64,000 nt of DNA, taken from the NCBI GenBank assembly GCA_028345065.1, contig JAOMCN010000002.1:13044-77043 (forward strand), given 5' to 3'. The DNA is from Rhodospirillales bacterium (GTDB lineage Bacteria; Pseudomonadota; Alphaproteobacteria; Rhodospirillales; UBA2165). The position numbers were made by a program, and so were the translations under genes. Below, piece by piece: positions 8,626 through 18,125 of the stretch; position 1 is the first letter of the stretch; each line of letters starts with the position of its first letter. Under the pieces are notes generated by a model. That model saw only the letters and a program-made list of their open reading frames with translations. It searched no databases and was not told the DNA's origin.

Positions 8626-10887
8626 ATGTCGGATAAACGAGGGAATAAGCTCAAATGCAGCAGCTGTGGTGCTGCCTTTTACGATCTGAACAAACCCTCT
8701 CCGTCATGCCCTAAATGCGGAACCTTCCACGTACCCGCAAAGGCCGTTCGAAAACGGACGACCGCAAAAGGCAAACTCCCGCATAAGACGGAAAAGAATA
8801 ACAATAAACCAAATTCCGAACTCTGGGTCTGCGTCCTGGAGGGAGGAAGCTCGGAGGCAATCGTCGTTAGTGGTCCGCCTGAATTAAATACGTCAGCCCT
8901 AAGGGAACCGGGGTGGTATTTTTTTAAGCCTCTCAAATCAAGTGAAACAAAACCCCTCTCCCCTAAAACAGCCCTCCACATGATGGAAGAACCGAGTGCC
9001 GGGATACAATCCTACCTCCAGACACATGCCTTTAAAGGCATTGGTCCTGAGACGGCTAGAAAACTAGCCGTTCCCGAAACTGAAAATATATTCCAAGATC
9101 TATCCCGCCCGGCAACAGAAATTTCCGATGCCTACGGCATTAACGCCGCTACGGCGACCCTATTTGAGACGGCGTGGGCAAAAACTTCGGGAACGAGATA
9201 CCTTCAGATCATGCTGCGTCAATTAGGTCTCGGGAACGCCGTGGTTAAGCAAATCCGTGAAACTCTCGGGAGCGACGTTATTGAGCAGATCCTGTCAAAC
9301 CCATATGAACTAGTCAAAAAAATCAAATATTTCACATTTGAAGATGCGGAAAACATTTTCACGGGCCTTAACCTCGATCTCTCCAGTGATCAAAGAATAA
9401 TCTCGGCAATGGAACTCTGTCTCTACCGTATAGAAAAAAATAGAGGCCATACGTGTGCGCCTCTGGAAAGAGCCTTCAAGGATAACGATAAGCTTATTGA
9501 CGTCGATCACGATATCATGGAGGGGGTCCTGAGGTCCGCCACGGAACACTTTAAATTCGCGGAGTATGACGATCGGGAACATATCGCGACGGTCCCCTCC
9601 TTTGAAAGGGAAAATGAAATTGCATCGCGGATCGGGAACCTCCTATCGGTCGGCGCAACTCCCGATGAACACCTGGATTTTGACTTTGATCAACTGAACC
9701 TCCGGGCATCTCTGGAGTTATCCGATGAACAGAAGGAAGCCCTAAACGGCGCCATTAATTCACGGGTCTTTCTGATAACGGGTGGGCCCGGCACCGGAAA
9801 GACGAGAATGGTTGAGGCCATCGTCAAGGCGCTCAAATCCGAGAGCCGATACGTTACGTTATGCGCACCGACGGGGAGAGCCGCAAAGAGGCTTGAAGAG
9901 GAAGGCGGCCTCGGTAGCTTCAACCCGACGACGATCCACCTCCTCTTAACATATGTAAAGTCAGGAAAAGTGAAGGATGTCGGGACACTTATTATTGATG
10001 AGGCATCCATGGTCGATGTCGACCTGATGACTGAAACCCTGGATATACTGAATGAAAATAATCACCTCATTATGATTGGTGACGCTGATCAACTCCCCCC
10101 CGTGGGGCCCGGACAGGTATTTAAGGATCTCCTGAATTCAGATAAAGTACCCTTCGCACGCCTGACCGGTAACTTCCGGCAAACCGAAGGAAGTGAAATC
10201 ATAAAACTGGCTCGTGACGTGATCGCGGGAAACGACCCGCAGTTAAGTCGCGTCACCTCGGAGAAGGGCGTCATCTTTATCCCGGAGAGTGACGAAGATA
10301 AAATGCAGGGTCTCGTATTGGATCTCTATAACAGCAAACTCGTGCGGATGTTCAAACTCGAGACGTCGGATGAAGTCCAGATACTGGCACCTATGCGCAA
10401 GGGTGCCGTCGGTACGGAAGCGCTCAATCAGGAAATTCAGAAAACTCGATGGGTCAATGAGGAACCCCTCTTTCAGGAAGGAAACCGGAAACCCCTATAT
10501 CGGGGTGATAAAGTCATACAGACGTCTAATAATTATGAACTCGATGTAAGGAACGGCGATATTGGAATAATCCGAAGGGGGGGAGACAAAGGAGAGATCT
10601 TTGTTTCATACGCCACCAAGGATGTCGCCTACGACAGAGAGAGTTTGGAGGCACTCGAGCCTGCCTACGCGATTACAATCCACAAATCACAGGGATCCCA
10701 GTATCCAGCCGTCATAATTCCGATCGCTAGATCCCATCAATTCATGCTGGGAAGGAACCTCCTCTATACCGCAATAACAAGGGCCAAGGCCCACGTCGTC
10801 ATCGTCGGAGATGAGGCTGCCTTCAAGGCGGGAGTTAATGCCGCCTATAAGGACTTCCGTTATACGATGTTGAGACATTTTCTTTAA
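8626..10887 (+). CDS. RecD2-like SF1B helicase with N-terminal FYDLN (TIGR02300-like) zinc ribbon
   Basis: CSSCGAAFYDLNK...CPKCG; HhH KGIGPETA; NPY; GGPGTGKT; IIDEASM; GDADQLPPVGPG; AYAITIHKSQGS; LLYTAITRAK. Confidence 0.88.
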   Translation: MSDKRGNKLKCSSCGAAFYDLNKPSPSCPKCGTFHVPAKAVRKRTTAKGKLPHKTEKNNNKPNSELWVCVLEGGSSEAIVVSGPPELNTSALREPGWYFFKPLKSSETKPLSPKTALHMMEEPSAGIQSYLQTHAFKGIGPETARKLAVPETENIFQDLSRPATEISDAYGINAATATLFETAWAKTSGTRYLQIMLRQLGLGNAVVKQIRETLGSDVIEQILSNPYELVKKIKYFTFEDAENIFTGLNLDLSSDQRIISAMELCLYRIEKNRGHTCAPLERAFKDNDKLIDVDHDIMEGVLRSATEHFKFAEYDDREHIATVPSFERENEIASRIGNLLSVGATPDEHLDFDFDQLNLRASLELSDEQKEALNGAINSRVFLITGGPGTGKTRMVEAIVKALKSESRYVTLCAPTGRAAKRLEEEGGLGSFNPTTIHLLLTYVKSGKVKDVGTLIIDEASMVDVDLMTETLDILNENNHLIMIGDADQLPPVGPGQVFKDLLNSDKVPFARLTGNFRQTEGSEIIKLARDVIAGNDPQLSRVTSEKGVIFIPESDEDKMQGLVLDLYNSKLVRMFKLETSDEVQILAPMRKGAVGTEALNQEIQKTRWVNEEPLFQEGNRKPLYRGDKVIQTSNNYELDVRNGDIGIIRRGGDKGEIFVSYATKDVAYDRESLEALEPAYAITIHKSQGSQYPAVIIPIARSHQFMLGRNLLYTAITRAKAHVVIVGDEAAFKAGVNAAYKDFRYTMLRHFL

Positions 10888-11541
10888 ATGACTCGCAAAC
10901 CTCCCGACATCGACTTTGTTCTCAGGCGCCCCTTTATACAGTTTTCCGGAGATGAAATTCTGGCTGCCATCGAAGCCCATATTTTAACCGACGTCGCCAA
11001 TATTGAAATTGCAACTCTAGCCCTTGATGAACTCAAGCTACGAAAGAAAGCCAAACGAATTACGCTGGCGCAGAAACTATTCCGCAGTGCCGGGTTTAAA
11101 CCCATCCCCTGGCTGCAGTCGGCACGCGATAGCCTCACTATTCTGGAACGCCCGAAAAAGGGGAACTACCAAGGGCATTTATATGTCGTTCTTATCGAAG
11201 GATATACGAAGACGAATAAATACTATGGTGCTTATGTAGGTTCATCCAGATACCGCCCTGAGACGCGTTTCAAACAACATAAAGAAGGAAAGCACGCATC
11301 GAATATCGTAAACAGGCGTGGATTACACCCCCTCCAAAGCCTTCTCTGGCCCTGGCAGACAGTGCCGGGTGGCAAGACAGAACGCATACTTTGGGAGAGT
11401 GCTTTGAACAGATGTCTGGACCAAGTCATTCCAAAAGTCTCAGGTGACTTTCGTCCCTCAGGGGAGTGGCCCTCAGAATTTCAGAGACCACTTCAAGCCA
11501 TATTGAACAAAACGGCTGGGAATAATACTCTTGTTCTATAA
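10888..11541 (+). CDS. GIY-YIG-like nuclease
   Basis: HLYVVL...YVGSS...PETRFKQHKEG, plus a later conserved-looking E (LWES). Starts immediately after the RecD2 stop (TAAATG). Confidence 0.65.
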   Translation: MTRKPPDIDFVLRRPFIQFSGDEILAAIEAHILTDVANIEIATLALDELKLRKKAKRITLAQKLFRSAGFKPIPWLQSARDSLTILERPKKGNYQGHLYVVLIEGYTKTNKYYGAYVGSSRYRPETRFKQHKEGKHASNIVNRRGLHPLQSLLWPWQTVPGGKTERILWESALNRCLDQVIPKVSGDFRPSGEWPSEFQRPLQAILNKTAGNNTLVL

Positions 11542-11582
11542 CAATAAATCAACGGGTAATTCACTCAGGGAGGAAACATCGC

Positions 11583-13910
11583 GTGGCATCCTCTATAATG
11601 ATTAAAAATCCCATGTCCGACTTAGACCGGGAATCTTGTCTAAAGTGGTCTAAGTTAGCCAGAGAGAAAAATTATTTGCAGCCCATACAAAGGAAACACT
11701 TGTATGAGGCCGGTCGGTACGACGATTGGTATGTTTCGAAATTAGGTAAGGTTGCCGGAGCACTTAATGACCTTCGTAAACATCTAACCGGAAAAGAACA
11801 GAAAAATATAAATTCTATTCTCAAAAAACTTGATGCACCAAATACTGTCGTTAAATCAAATGACAAGAGTTCTGAACAAACCCCCAAACTTGGTGAGGCT
11901 GCGGAGAGTGGTGATCCGGGAGCCCAGTATATGCTGGGAGAGAGCTATTTTGATGGGGATGCCGATGAAGAAGACGATGCGGAAGCTGTCTCGTGGTTCA
12001 AAAAAGCTGCCGATCAAAATCATGCGGAGGCGCAGTGGCGACTGGGGTTCTGTTATTTGTTTGGATTTGGCGTTGAGGATGACGAAGCGGAAGCTGTCTC
12101 CTGGTATAGAAAAGCTGCCGATCAGGATCATGCGGACGCACAGTTCCAACTTGGGCACTGTTATTATTACGGGTCCGGCGTTGAAGAAGACGATGACGAA
12201 GCTGTCTCCTGGTTCAGAAAAGCTGCCGATCAGGATCATTCAGAAGCCCAGTGTTCGATGGGGTTCTGCTATTTTAACGGACATGGCGTTGAGGAAGACG
12301 AAGCGGAAGCTGTCTCCTGGTAAAGAAAAGCTGCCGATCAGGATGATGCGGAGGCGCAGTGGCGACTGGGAAACTGTTATTTTTACGGATGGGGCGTTGA
12401 AGAAGACGATGACGAAGCTATCTCCTGGCTTAGAAAAGCTGCCGATCAGGATCATCCAGAAGCCCAGTGCCGATTGGGAAACTGTTATCTAGGTGGATAT
12501 GGTGTTGATGAAGACGATGCGGAAGCTGTCTCCTGGTATAGAAAGGCTGCCGATCAGGATGATGCGGAGGCGCAGTGGCGACTGGGAAACTGTTATCTAG
12601 GTGGACATGGTGTTGAGGAAGACGAAGCGGAAGCTGTCTCCTGGTATAGAAAAGCTGCCGATAAAAATCATGCGGTGGCGCAGTGGCGACTGGGAAACTG
12701 TTATCTAGTTGGACTTGGTGTTGAGGAAGACGATGACGAAGCTGTCTCCTGGTATAGAAAAGCTGCTGATCAGGATAATGCTGAGGCGCAGGAACGACTG
12801 GGTAACTGTTATCTTCACGGATGGGGCGTTGAGAAAGACGAAACTGAAGCTGTCTCCTGGTATAAAAAGGCTGCTGATCAGGATAATGCTGAGGCGCAGG
12901 AACGACTGGGCAACTGCTATCTAAGCGGATGGGGCGTTGAGGAAGACGAAGCTGAAGCTGCCTCCTGGTTAAAAAAGGCTGCTGATCAGGATAATGCTGA
13001 GGCTCTCAATATGTTGGGAGCTTGTTATCATCATGGTCACGGTGTCGAACCGGATATTGAAAAAGCAAAAATGTATATCCAAAAATCTTTAGACGCTGGG
13101 TATGAGGAAGACGAAGATGACAAATACGAACGCGCTTTAATCGGGCAAGCTAAAACGAAAGAGGATACTTTAACCAGCGCAAATGTCATCCCACTCTTTC
13201 CCGGAAAGGCAGTCAGTGATTTTCGGTCAGAAGCACTTAACCAAGATAGTGAAATCAAACCTGCTCCCAAAGAAGACACAAAACAGCAAACCGGAACTCG
13301 TAAAAAAGAGGATTTAAGTACACCTGCCCTTCAAATTATGGTTCCCGGGCACAACCTTCGCCAAAAATTTGATGCCCGCCACATACAAACACATGATCTA
13401 CTTAAAGAACCTGAAGGCCTAACACTGGAGTTTAAATCCTCAGCGCGGTGGGACTACCTGCAGGAAAAGGAAACAAAGGTGCCAATCCATGCTGTCATCA
13501 GGACAGTCGGAGGTTTCATGAATGGAAGGGGGGGAACCCTTCTCATCGGCATCGACGATAACGGAAAAATACTAGGTGTCGAGAAGGACATTGAACTTTC
13601 TGCGCCAAAGCAAAACGCGGATGGCTACATGCTTTGGTTAACATCAGTCATCGGGAATACACTTGGCGGGGAATTCCCGAAATCCCTGATTGCGGATATT
13701 CAGTTTGAAGAATTCGAGGGTAAGTCTATCTGTAGGATAGACGTGGATGAATGCCTCCTAGATAAGGGCATCTACGCCAACTCAAACAAACTTGGATTGG
13801 AAAATGACACGTTTTTTCTAAGACAAGGTAACTCCACTCAACCACTAACGCCAAAGGCTACCGCAGATTACCTTGAACAGAGACGCCGAAGAAGAACTTT
13901 GAAGTCTTGA
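11583..13910 (+). pseudogene. Sel1-repeat (x11) - Schlafen/AlbA_2 fusion interrupted by one in-frame TAA (12321-12323)
   Basis: Track ORFs 11583..12323 and 12474..13910 are in the same frame. TGG TAA AGA stands where several sister repeats have TGG TAT AGA. C-terminal EGLTLEFKSS...GGFMNGRGGTLLIGIDD is AlbA_2. Could also be a sequence error. Confidence 0.75.
11910..13097 (+). repeat. Eleven tandem 108-bp Sel1-coding repeats
   Basis: 36-aa units of the form xxAEAQxxLGxCYxxGxGVEEDxxEAVSWYRKAADQ, highly similar at the DNA level. Confidence 0.9.
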
Positions 13911-13935
13911 CCGGAGAAAATAAAAATGAACAACC

Positions 13936-14487
13936 CTACGCCGGAACCACTCCCAACTTCTCATCCCTCTGCCTTATCCACCAAATCACCGGTAATGCGA
14001 TCAAGATCATCCAGGCTTTTCCAATAATCTGGCCACTCAAGTAATCCAAGCTCCCAAATGCCAACTGCAAAAATAGTACACTATCGACGATCAATCCGAC
14101 GATGCCACTCAGGAATACCGCAAGAATAAGTCGTTTCTCCTGGAGTGGTGTATACACGGCAAAGTCAGCTAACTCAGATAACAGGAAAGCCGTACCTGAA
14201 GCTATTACCAATGCAGGGGGGGCAACAAATGCTGACAGAATAGCGCCTGCGATAATAGCACCTAGAGCCCAAACTTTACCCAGACGTCGTTGCACCAAAT
14301 CTCTCAATACAAGGGCCAAACCAATCATAAGGACGCCGCTCGGCGCCATGATATCGAAGCCGACAGGTATCAGGCAGGGACTATTGGGCGGACATACGGC
14401 CCCAAAATTACCTATCATCCAATTTGCGGCAGGAATTGTCAGTATAAATGCGACAAGATATCCGTAACCTTCATTGCGAGCAGTCAC
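13936..14487 (-). CDS. VUT family (YhhQ-like) queuosine-precursor transporter
   Basis: AANW, GLALVLRDLVQ, IASGTAFLLSELADFAVYTPL, VDSVLFLQLAFGS, GQIIGK; multi-TM; adjacent to the dpd/queC cluster. Confidence 0.8.
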   Translation of the reverse strand: MTARNEGYGYLVAFILTIPAANWMIGNFGAVCPPNSPCLIPVGFDIMAPSGVLMIGLALVLRDLVQRRLGKVWALGAIIAGAILSAFVAPPALVIASGTAFLLSELADFAVYTPLQEKRLILAVFLSGIVGLIVDSVLFLQLAFGSLDYLSGQIIGKAWMILIALPVIWWIRQRDEKLGVVPA

Positions 14488-14584
14488 TGAAACCTCCGTA
14501 ATTTCCCATCGTAGAATTAGCTACCCCAATAACCCGATTCGTTCATTTTGAAAACAGTTATTACCGCCATAAGTCAAAATTAAA

Positions 14585-14604
14585 TGTGGATAAACTGTGG
14601 ATAA
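14585..14604. promoter_or_regulatory. Two tandem consensus DnaA boxes
   Basis: TGTGGATAA-ac-TGTGGATAA (reverse complement TTATCCACA twice) in the divergent VUT/dpd intergenic region. Confidence 0.65.
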
Positions 14605-14695
14605 TTAAAACCATCAGAATACGTAATAACTGTAGAAAAACTGACCTATTCTGCTAAAATAGAAACCACTAATAACTGTTTGTTTGTCGATCCTC

Positions 14696-15628
14696 ATGAC
14701 GCTCATTTTAACTTCATGCACCAACCGAAAGCGGTATCAACCGGAACCCTATTTAGATACCTTAAACTTACCGCGTGGAACCTTGGAAAAAACGGCTTCT
14801 AATTGGGTATCTCGACGAAATAAAGCAAACTCACACTACGAAGCGGGATCTCTCTATGTCGGCAGACCTATGAAGGACGCCCGGAATGCCGCCCAACAAA
14901 TCAACACCTCCCTCTACATTATTTCTGCAGGACTGGGCCTGATATCCATCTTGGATACAATTCCCTCGTACAATTTGACTGTCCAAAGCAAGTCACAGGG
15001 ATCAATTCAGAAAAAAATTATTGAACCAATAAGACCAATGGATTGGTGGAGCGCGTTGAATACTACCCTGGACAAGAAAAACCCTATAGCCGGTCTCGTC
15101 AAAATTCACAAAAGGGAACTTACCCTCATCGCGTGCCCCGAAGTTTACGCCCAGATGATTTTGGATGATGTTTTAACTTTAAACGATGAAGATATTAGCA
15201 CCATTCGAATTTTCGGACCGAGAACTCCTGATAACTTCCCCGTCCGTTTTAGAAACCTAATCATGCCGTACGATGAGCGTTTCGACGGTCCTGACAGTCC
15301 GCTACCCGGTACACGGACAGATTACCCCCAGAGGGTACTCTTTCATTTTGTAAAGGACATACTCCCAGGTAGTTCTTCCATGGATGACATTACGGTCCAC
15401 CGAGAAAGTATTAAAGAACGGATGGAAACCATGAGACGTCCAGCATTAATCAGGCGTACACCGTTAAATGACGAACAGATTATAAACCTCATAAGAAATT
15501 GCTGGGAAACAGCTGAAGGTAAATCAAGCAAAATGCTCCGCGTTTTAAGAGACAGGGAAAAAGTTGCCTGCGAGCAGGGTCGCTTTGCCAATTTATTCAA
15601 GCTAGCCAAGGAAAGATACAGTCTATGA
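14696..15628 (+). CDS. DpdC-like / YaaA-DUF6884-like accessory protein of the Dpd modification module
   Basis: N-terminal ILTSCTNRK, LYxG, YIISAGLGL, IPSYNLT resemble the YaaA/DUF328-like fold; first gene of the dpdA operon (track start 14684). Confidence 0.55.
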   Translation: MTLILTSCTNRKRYQPEPYLDTLNLPRGTLEKTASNWVSRRNKANSHYEAGSLYVGRPMKDARNAAQQINTSLYIISAGLGLISILDTIPSYNLTVQSKSQGSIQKKIIEPIRPMDWWSALNTTLDKKNPIAGLVKIHKRELTLIACPEVYAQMILDDVLTLNDEDISTIRIFGPRTPDNFPVRFRNLIMPYDERFDGPDSPLPGTRTDYPQRVLFHFVKDILPGSSSMDDITVHRESIKERMETMRRPALIRRTPLNDEQIINLIRNCWETAEGKSSKMLRVLRDREKVACEQGRFANLFKLAKERYSL

Positions 15629-16755
15629 ACTTGTTCAGTGACCAAGATCGTCTTGTCATACGTGCTTTAAAAACAGAACAAATGAAAGATATCGATACCT
15701 ACGCTTTCTTCGTACCGGGTTCCCAGATCGTGGAAATTGCAGATATCAGTCGCGTCGCCCGCGATAAGAGCGATAAGTTAAAAGGTTTCCAGCGCAAGGA
15801 AATAAAAAACCACGTAAAATCCATTGTTGATTATCTAGATCAGGGGAACATCTTATTCCCTAATGCAATTATTTTAGCTCTCGGTCGAGAGGTCGAATTT
15901 AAACAATCCCGCGGTCCCGCGCCCGAAGGACTAACCAACGTTGCAAGTATGGGGACCCTCCACATCCCGAGGAGAATGGAAGGTGAGCGCGTAGCCTGGA
16001 TTGTCGATGGACAGCAGAGATCCATGGCATTGTCAAAAGCCAAAAACTCTCAGATCCCCGTGCCGGTGGTTGCATTCGTCGCCTCCGACCTGGAAACACA
16101 GCGCTCGCAATTTATTCTAGTAAACAAGGCTCGCCCCCTCCCGAGCGCCCTCATCAATGAACTGCTGCCAGAAGTGAACACACTCCTTCCCAGTGACCTA
16201 ACGGTAAAAATTATTCCCGCTGAATTAACAAACCTCCTAAATAAAGACCCGAATTCTCCATTCCACAAACTCATTATCAGGCCCTCCGATGACAATCGTG
16301 ATCCGGTGATCACTCAATCGGCACTGATTGAAGCCTTTAAGCAAAATCTCCGCCCTCCCCTCGGTGCCCTAAACCAGTTCAAGGGACTAGGAAATGCACC
16401 CTCAGATATGGATGGAATGTACAAGTCCATAATCGTCTACTGGTCTAAAGTTAAAGAAACATTTCCCGAAGCCTGGGGGATCCCCTCCACAAAAAGCCGA
16501 CTGATGCACTCCGCTGGAATTCGCGTCATGGGCGAGTTGATGGACCAGGTGATGCTCCGGGCGGATGGTTCCGTAGACCCCGTCGGAGAGATCAAAAAAT
16601 CATTGGATCGAATTAAACCGCACTGCAGATGGACAGAAGGTACCTGGGAAGAACTTGGCTGGAATTGGAATGACGTCCAAAGTATAGGTCCCCACATAGG
16701 ACGGTTATCCAATTATCTGCTTCAGATTGACCGACAAGGTTCGAGGCAGCATTAA
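15625..16755 (+). CDS. DGQHR-domain (ParB/DndB-like) protein, DpdB paralogue 1
   Basis: GFQR, LFPNAIIL, WIVDGQQRS, QFILVN, SRLMHSAG. Confidence 0.85.
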   Translation: MNLFSDQDRLVIRALKTEQMKDIDTYAFFVPGSQIVEIADISRVARDKSDKLKGFQRKEIKNHVKSIVDYLDQGNILFPNAIILALGREVEFKQSRGPAPEGLTNVASMGTLHIPRRMEGERVAWIVDGQQRSMALSKAKNSQIPVPVVAFVASDLETQRSQFILVNKARPLPSALINELLPEVNTLLPSDLTVKIIPAELTNLLNKDPNSPFHKLIIRPSDDNRDPVITQSALIEAFKQNLRPPLGALNQFKGLGNAPSDMDGMYKSIIVYWSKVKETFPEAWGIPSTKSRLMHSAGIRVMGELMDQVMLRADGSVDPVGEIKKSLDRIKPHCRWTEGTWEELGWNWNDVQSIGPHIGRLSNYLLQIDRQGSRQH

Positions 16756-18125
16756 TGAAATTTTTATACGCCGATGGCTTGGATTTTGTTGATCCAAATT
16801 ACAATTTTTTGGAGGATAGGTCACAACCGGGAAGGGAGCCTTACTGGGATGATGAATTCATGCACGAGCATCTCGAGGAACCGCCGTTTGACGGGTATCT
16901 TGTTTCAAGAAGTATCGTTTTAGGTCATTATATAGAAAATAATTCATTCCCAGCCAAATATACGATGGGGCAGAGTCAAAGATTACTGCGGAAAGGCGTT
17001 AGAAAATTTCTCCGTATAGACAACCCAAAATATGATGACCTCATGATCATGGGTGATTGCGGCGCCTACAGCTATCATAAACTTGAGAAACCGCCCTATA
17101 GCCCAAAAACATTATTAGAATTCTATAGCGACGGTGGTTTTACCCATGGCTGTTCCGTCGACCACATTATTTTTCAGTTTGATCGAAACCTCAGTGGGAT
17201 GGAAGCTTTCAGGGACACGAAAGACCCAGACGCAGGAATTAAAATCAAAGACCGTTGGGACATTACACAGGAAAATGCCGAAGTCTTCCTGAGAGAGAGC
17301 AAACAAATGACAACACCATTTATCCCCCTAGGAGTGATCCAGGGATGGTCACCCGGAAGCATGGCAAAGGCAGCCCATAATTTAGTGGCCATGGGATATG
17401 ACTATTTAGCTTTGGGAGGCATGGCCGTTTCTGCGGTGGACACGATACAGGTCGCACTTGAAGAAATTCGCAAACAGATACCTGACTATATAAAATTACA
17501 TCTTTTAGGGTTCGGAAAAGTTGATCAAATTGATGATATTATGGACTATAATGTCACCAGTATAGATACAACCTCCCCCATGCTTCGTGCATTTAAAGAC
17601 GTTCAAAGAAGTTTTTTCATGCCTGGTGATGACAGTGGACTTAAATATTACGCCAGTGTTCGGATTCCCCAGGCGACTGAAAATGCGGGGCTCAAACTTT
17701 TAGTAAAGAAAGGTGTTTTTTCTCAGGAATACCTCATTCAGCAGGAGAAAGGTGCCCTCACCGCTTTAAGGAACTATGACCAAGGTAAGGTTGATATGGG
17801 GACTGTATTGGGAGCGGTTATGGCATATACGAAAAGTGTCCAAACGAACCCAAAGACGGGAGCACCGCCAACCAAATCGAAGATGTCTGGTATTAAAAAC
17901 CTCTACACTGAACTTCTGAATGATCGTCCCTGGAGTGCCTGCGACTGTGCGGTTTGCAGGAAGGCTTCTATTGAAGTGGCTATATTCAGAGCCAGTAATC
18001 GCAATAAAAGACGCGGTATGCATAATACTTGGGTCTTCAATAACCGTCTCAAGCAATTCAATCAAAAGGGAGGCATTAATGGATCAGCAGATGAAATTTT
18101 CAGCGATCAGAGCAAAGCAAAGTAA
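16755..18125 (+). CDS. dpdA: DpdA DNA-guanine transglycosylase (TGT-like, inserts 7-deazaguanine into DNA)
   Basis: MKFLYADGLDFVDPNY...PYWDD; MGDCGAYSY; SVDHII; GVIQGWSP; ALGGM; HLLGF; SIDTTSP; Zn site CDCAVC...H; NKRRGMHN. Confidence 0.88.
   Translation: MKFLYADGLDFVDPNYNFLEDRSQPGREPYWDDEFMHEHLEEPPFDGYLVSRSIVLGHYIENNSFPAKYTMGQSQRLLRKGVRKFLRIDNPKYDDLMIMGDCGAYSYHKLEKPPYSPKTLLEFYSDGGFTHGCSVDHIIFQFDRNLSGMEAFRDTKDPDAGIKIKDRWDITQENAEVFLRESKQMTTPFIPLGVIQGWSPGSMAKAAHNLVAMGYDYLALGGMAVSAVDTIQVALEEIRKQIPDYIKLHLLGFGKVDQIDDIMDYNVTSIDTTSPMLRAFKDVQRSFFMPGDDSGLKYYASVRIPQATENAGLKLLVKKGVFSQEYLIQQEKGALTALRNYDQGKVDMGTVLGAVMAYTKSVQTNPKTGAPPTKSKMSGIKNLYTELLNDRPWSACDCAVCRKASIEVAIFRASNRNKRRGMHNTWVFNNRLKQFNQKGGINGSADEIFSDQSKAK

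Noticed and set aside
11910-13097. 108-bp periodic repeats as a CRISPR array or DGR template/variable pair
   Set aside because: The units are in-frame Sel1 codons with no repeat-spacer structure, and no cas or reverse transcriptase gene is in the window.
17920-18078. Long N-terminal extension of dpdB in the ORF track
   Set aside because: It overlaps the dpdA Zn-site codons; the ATG at 18079 has a strong RBS.
16755-18125. Housekeeping tRNA-guanine transglycosylase (tgt)
   Set aside because: It lacks the canonical Tgt N-terminus (TP.FMPVGT) and has a DpdA-type N-terminus and dpd context.
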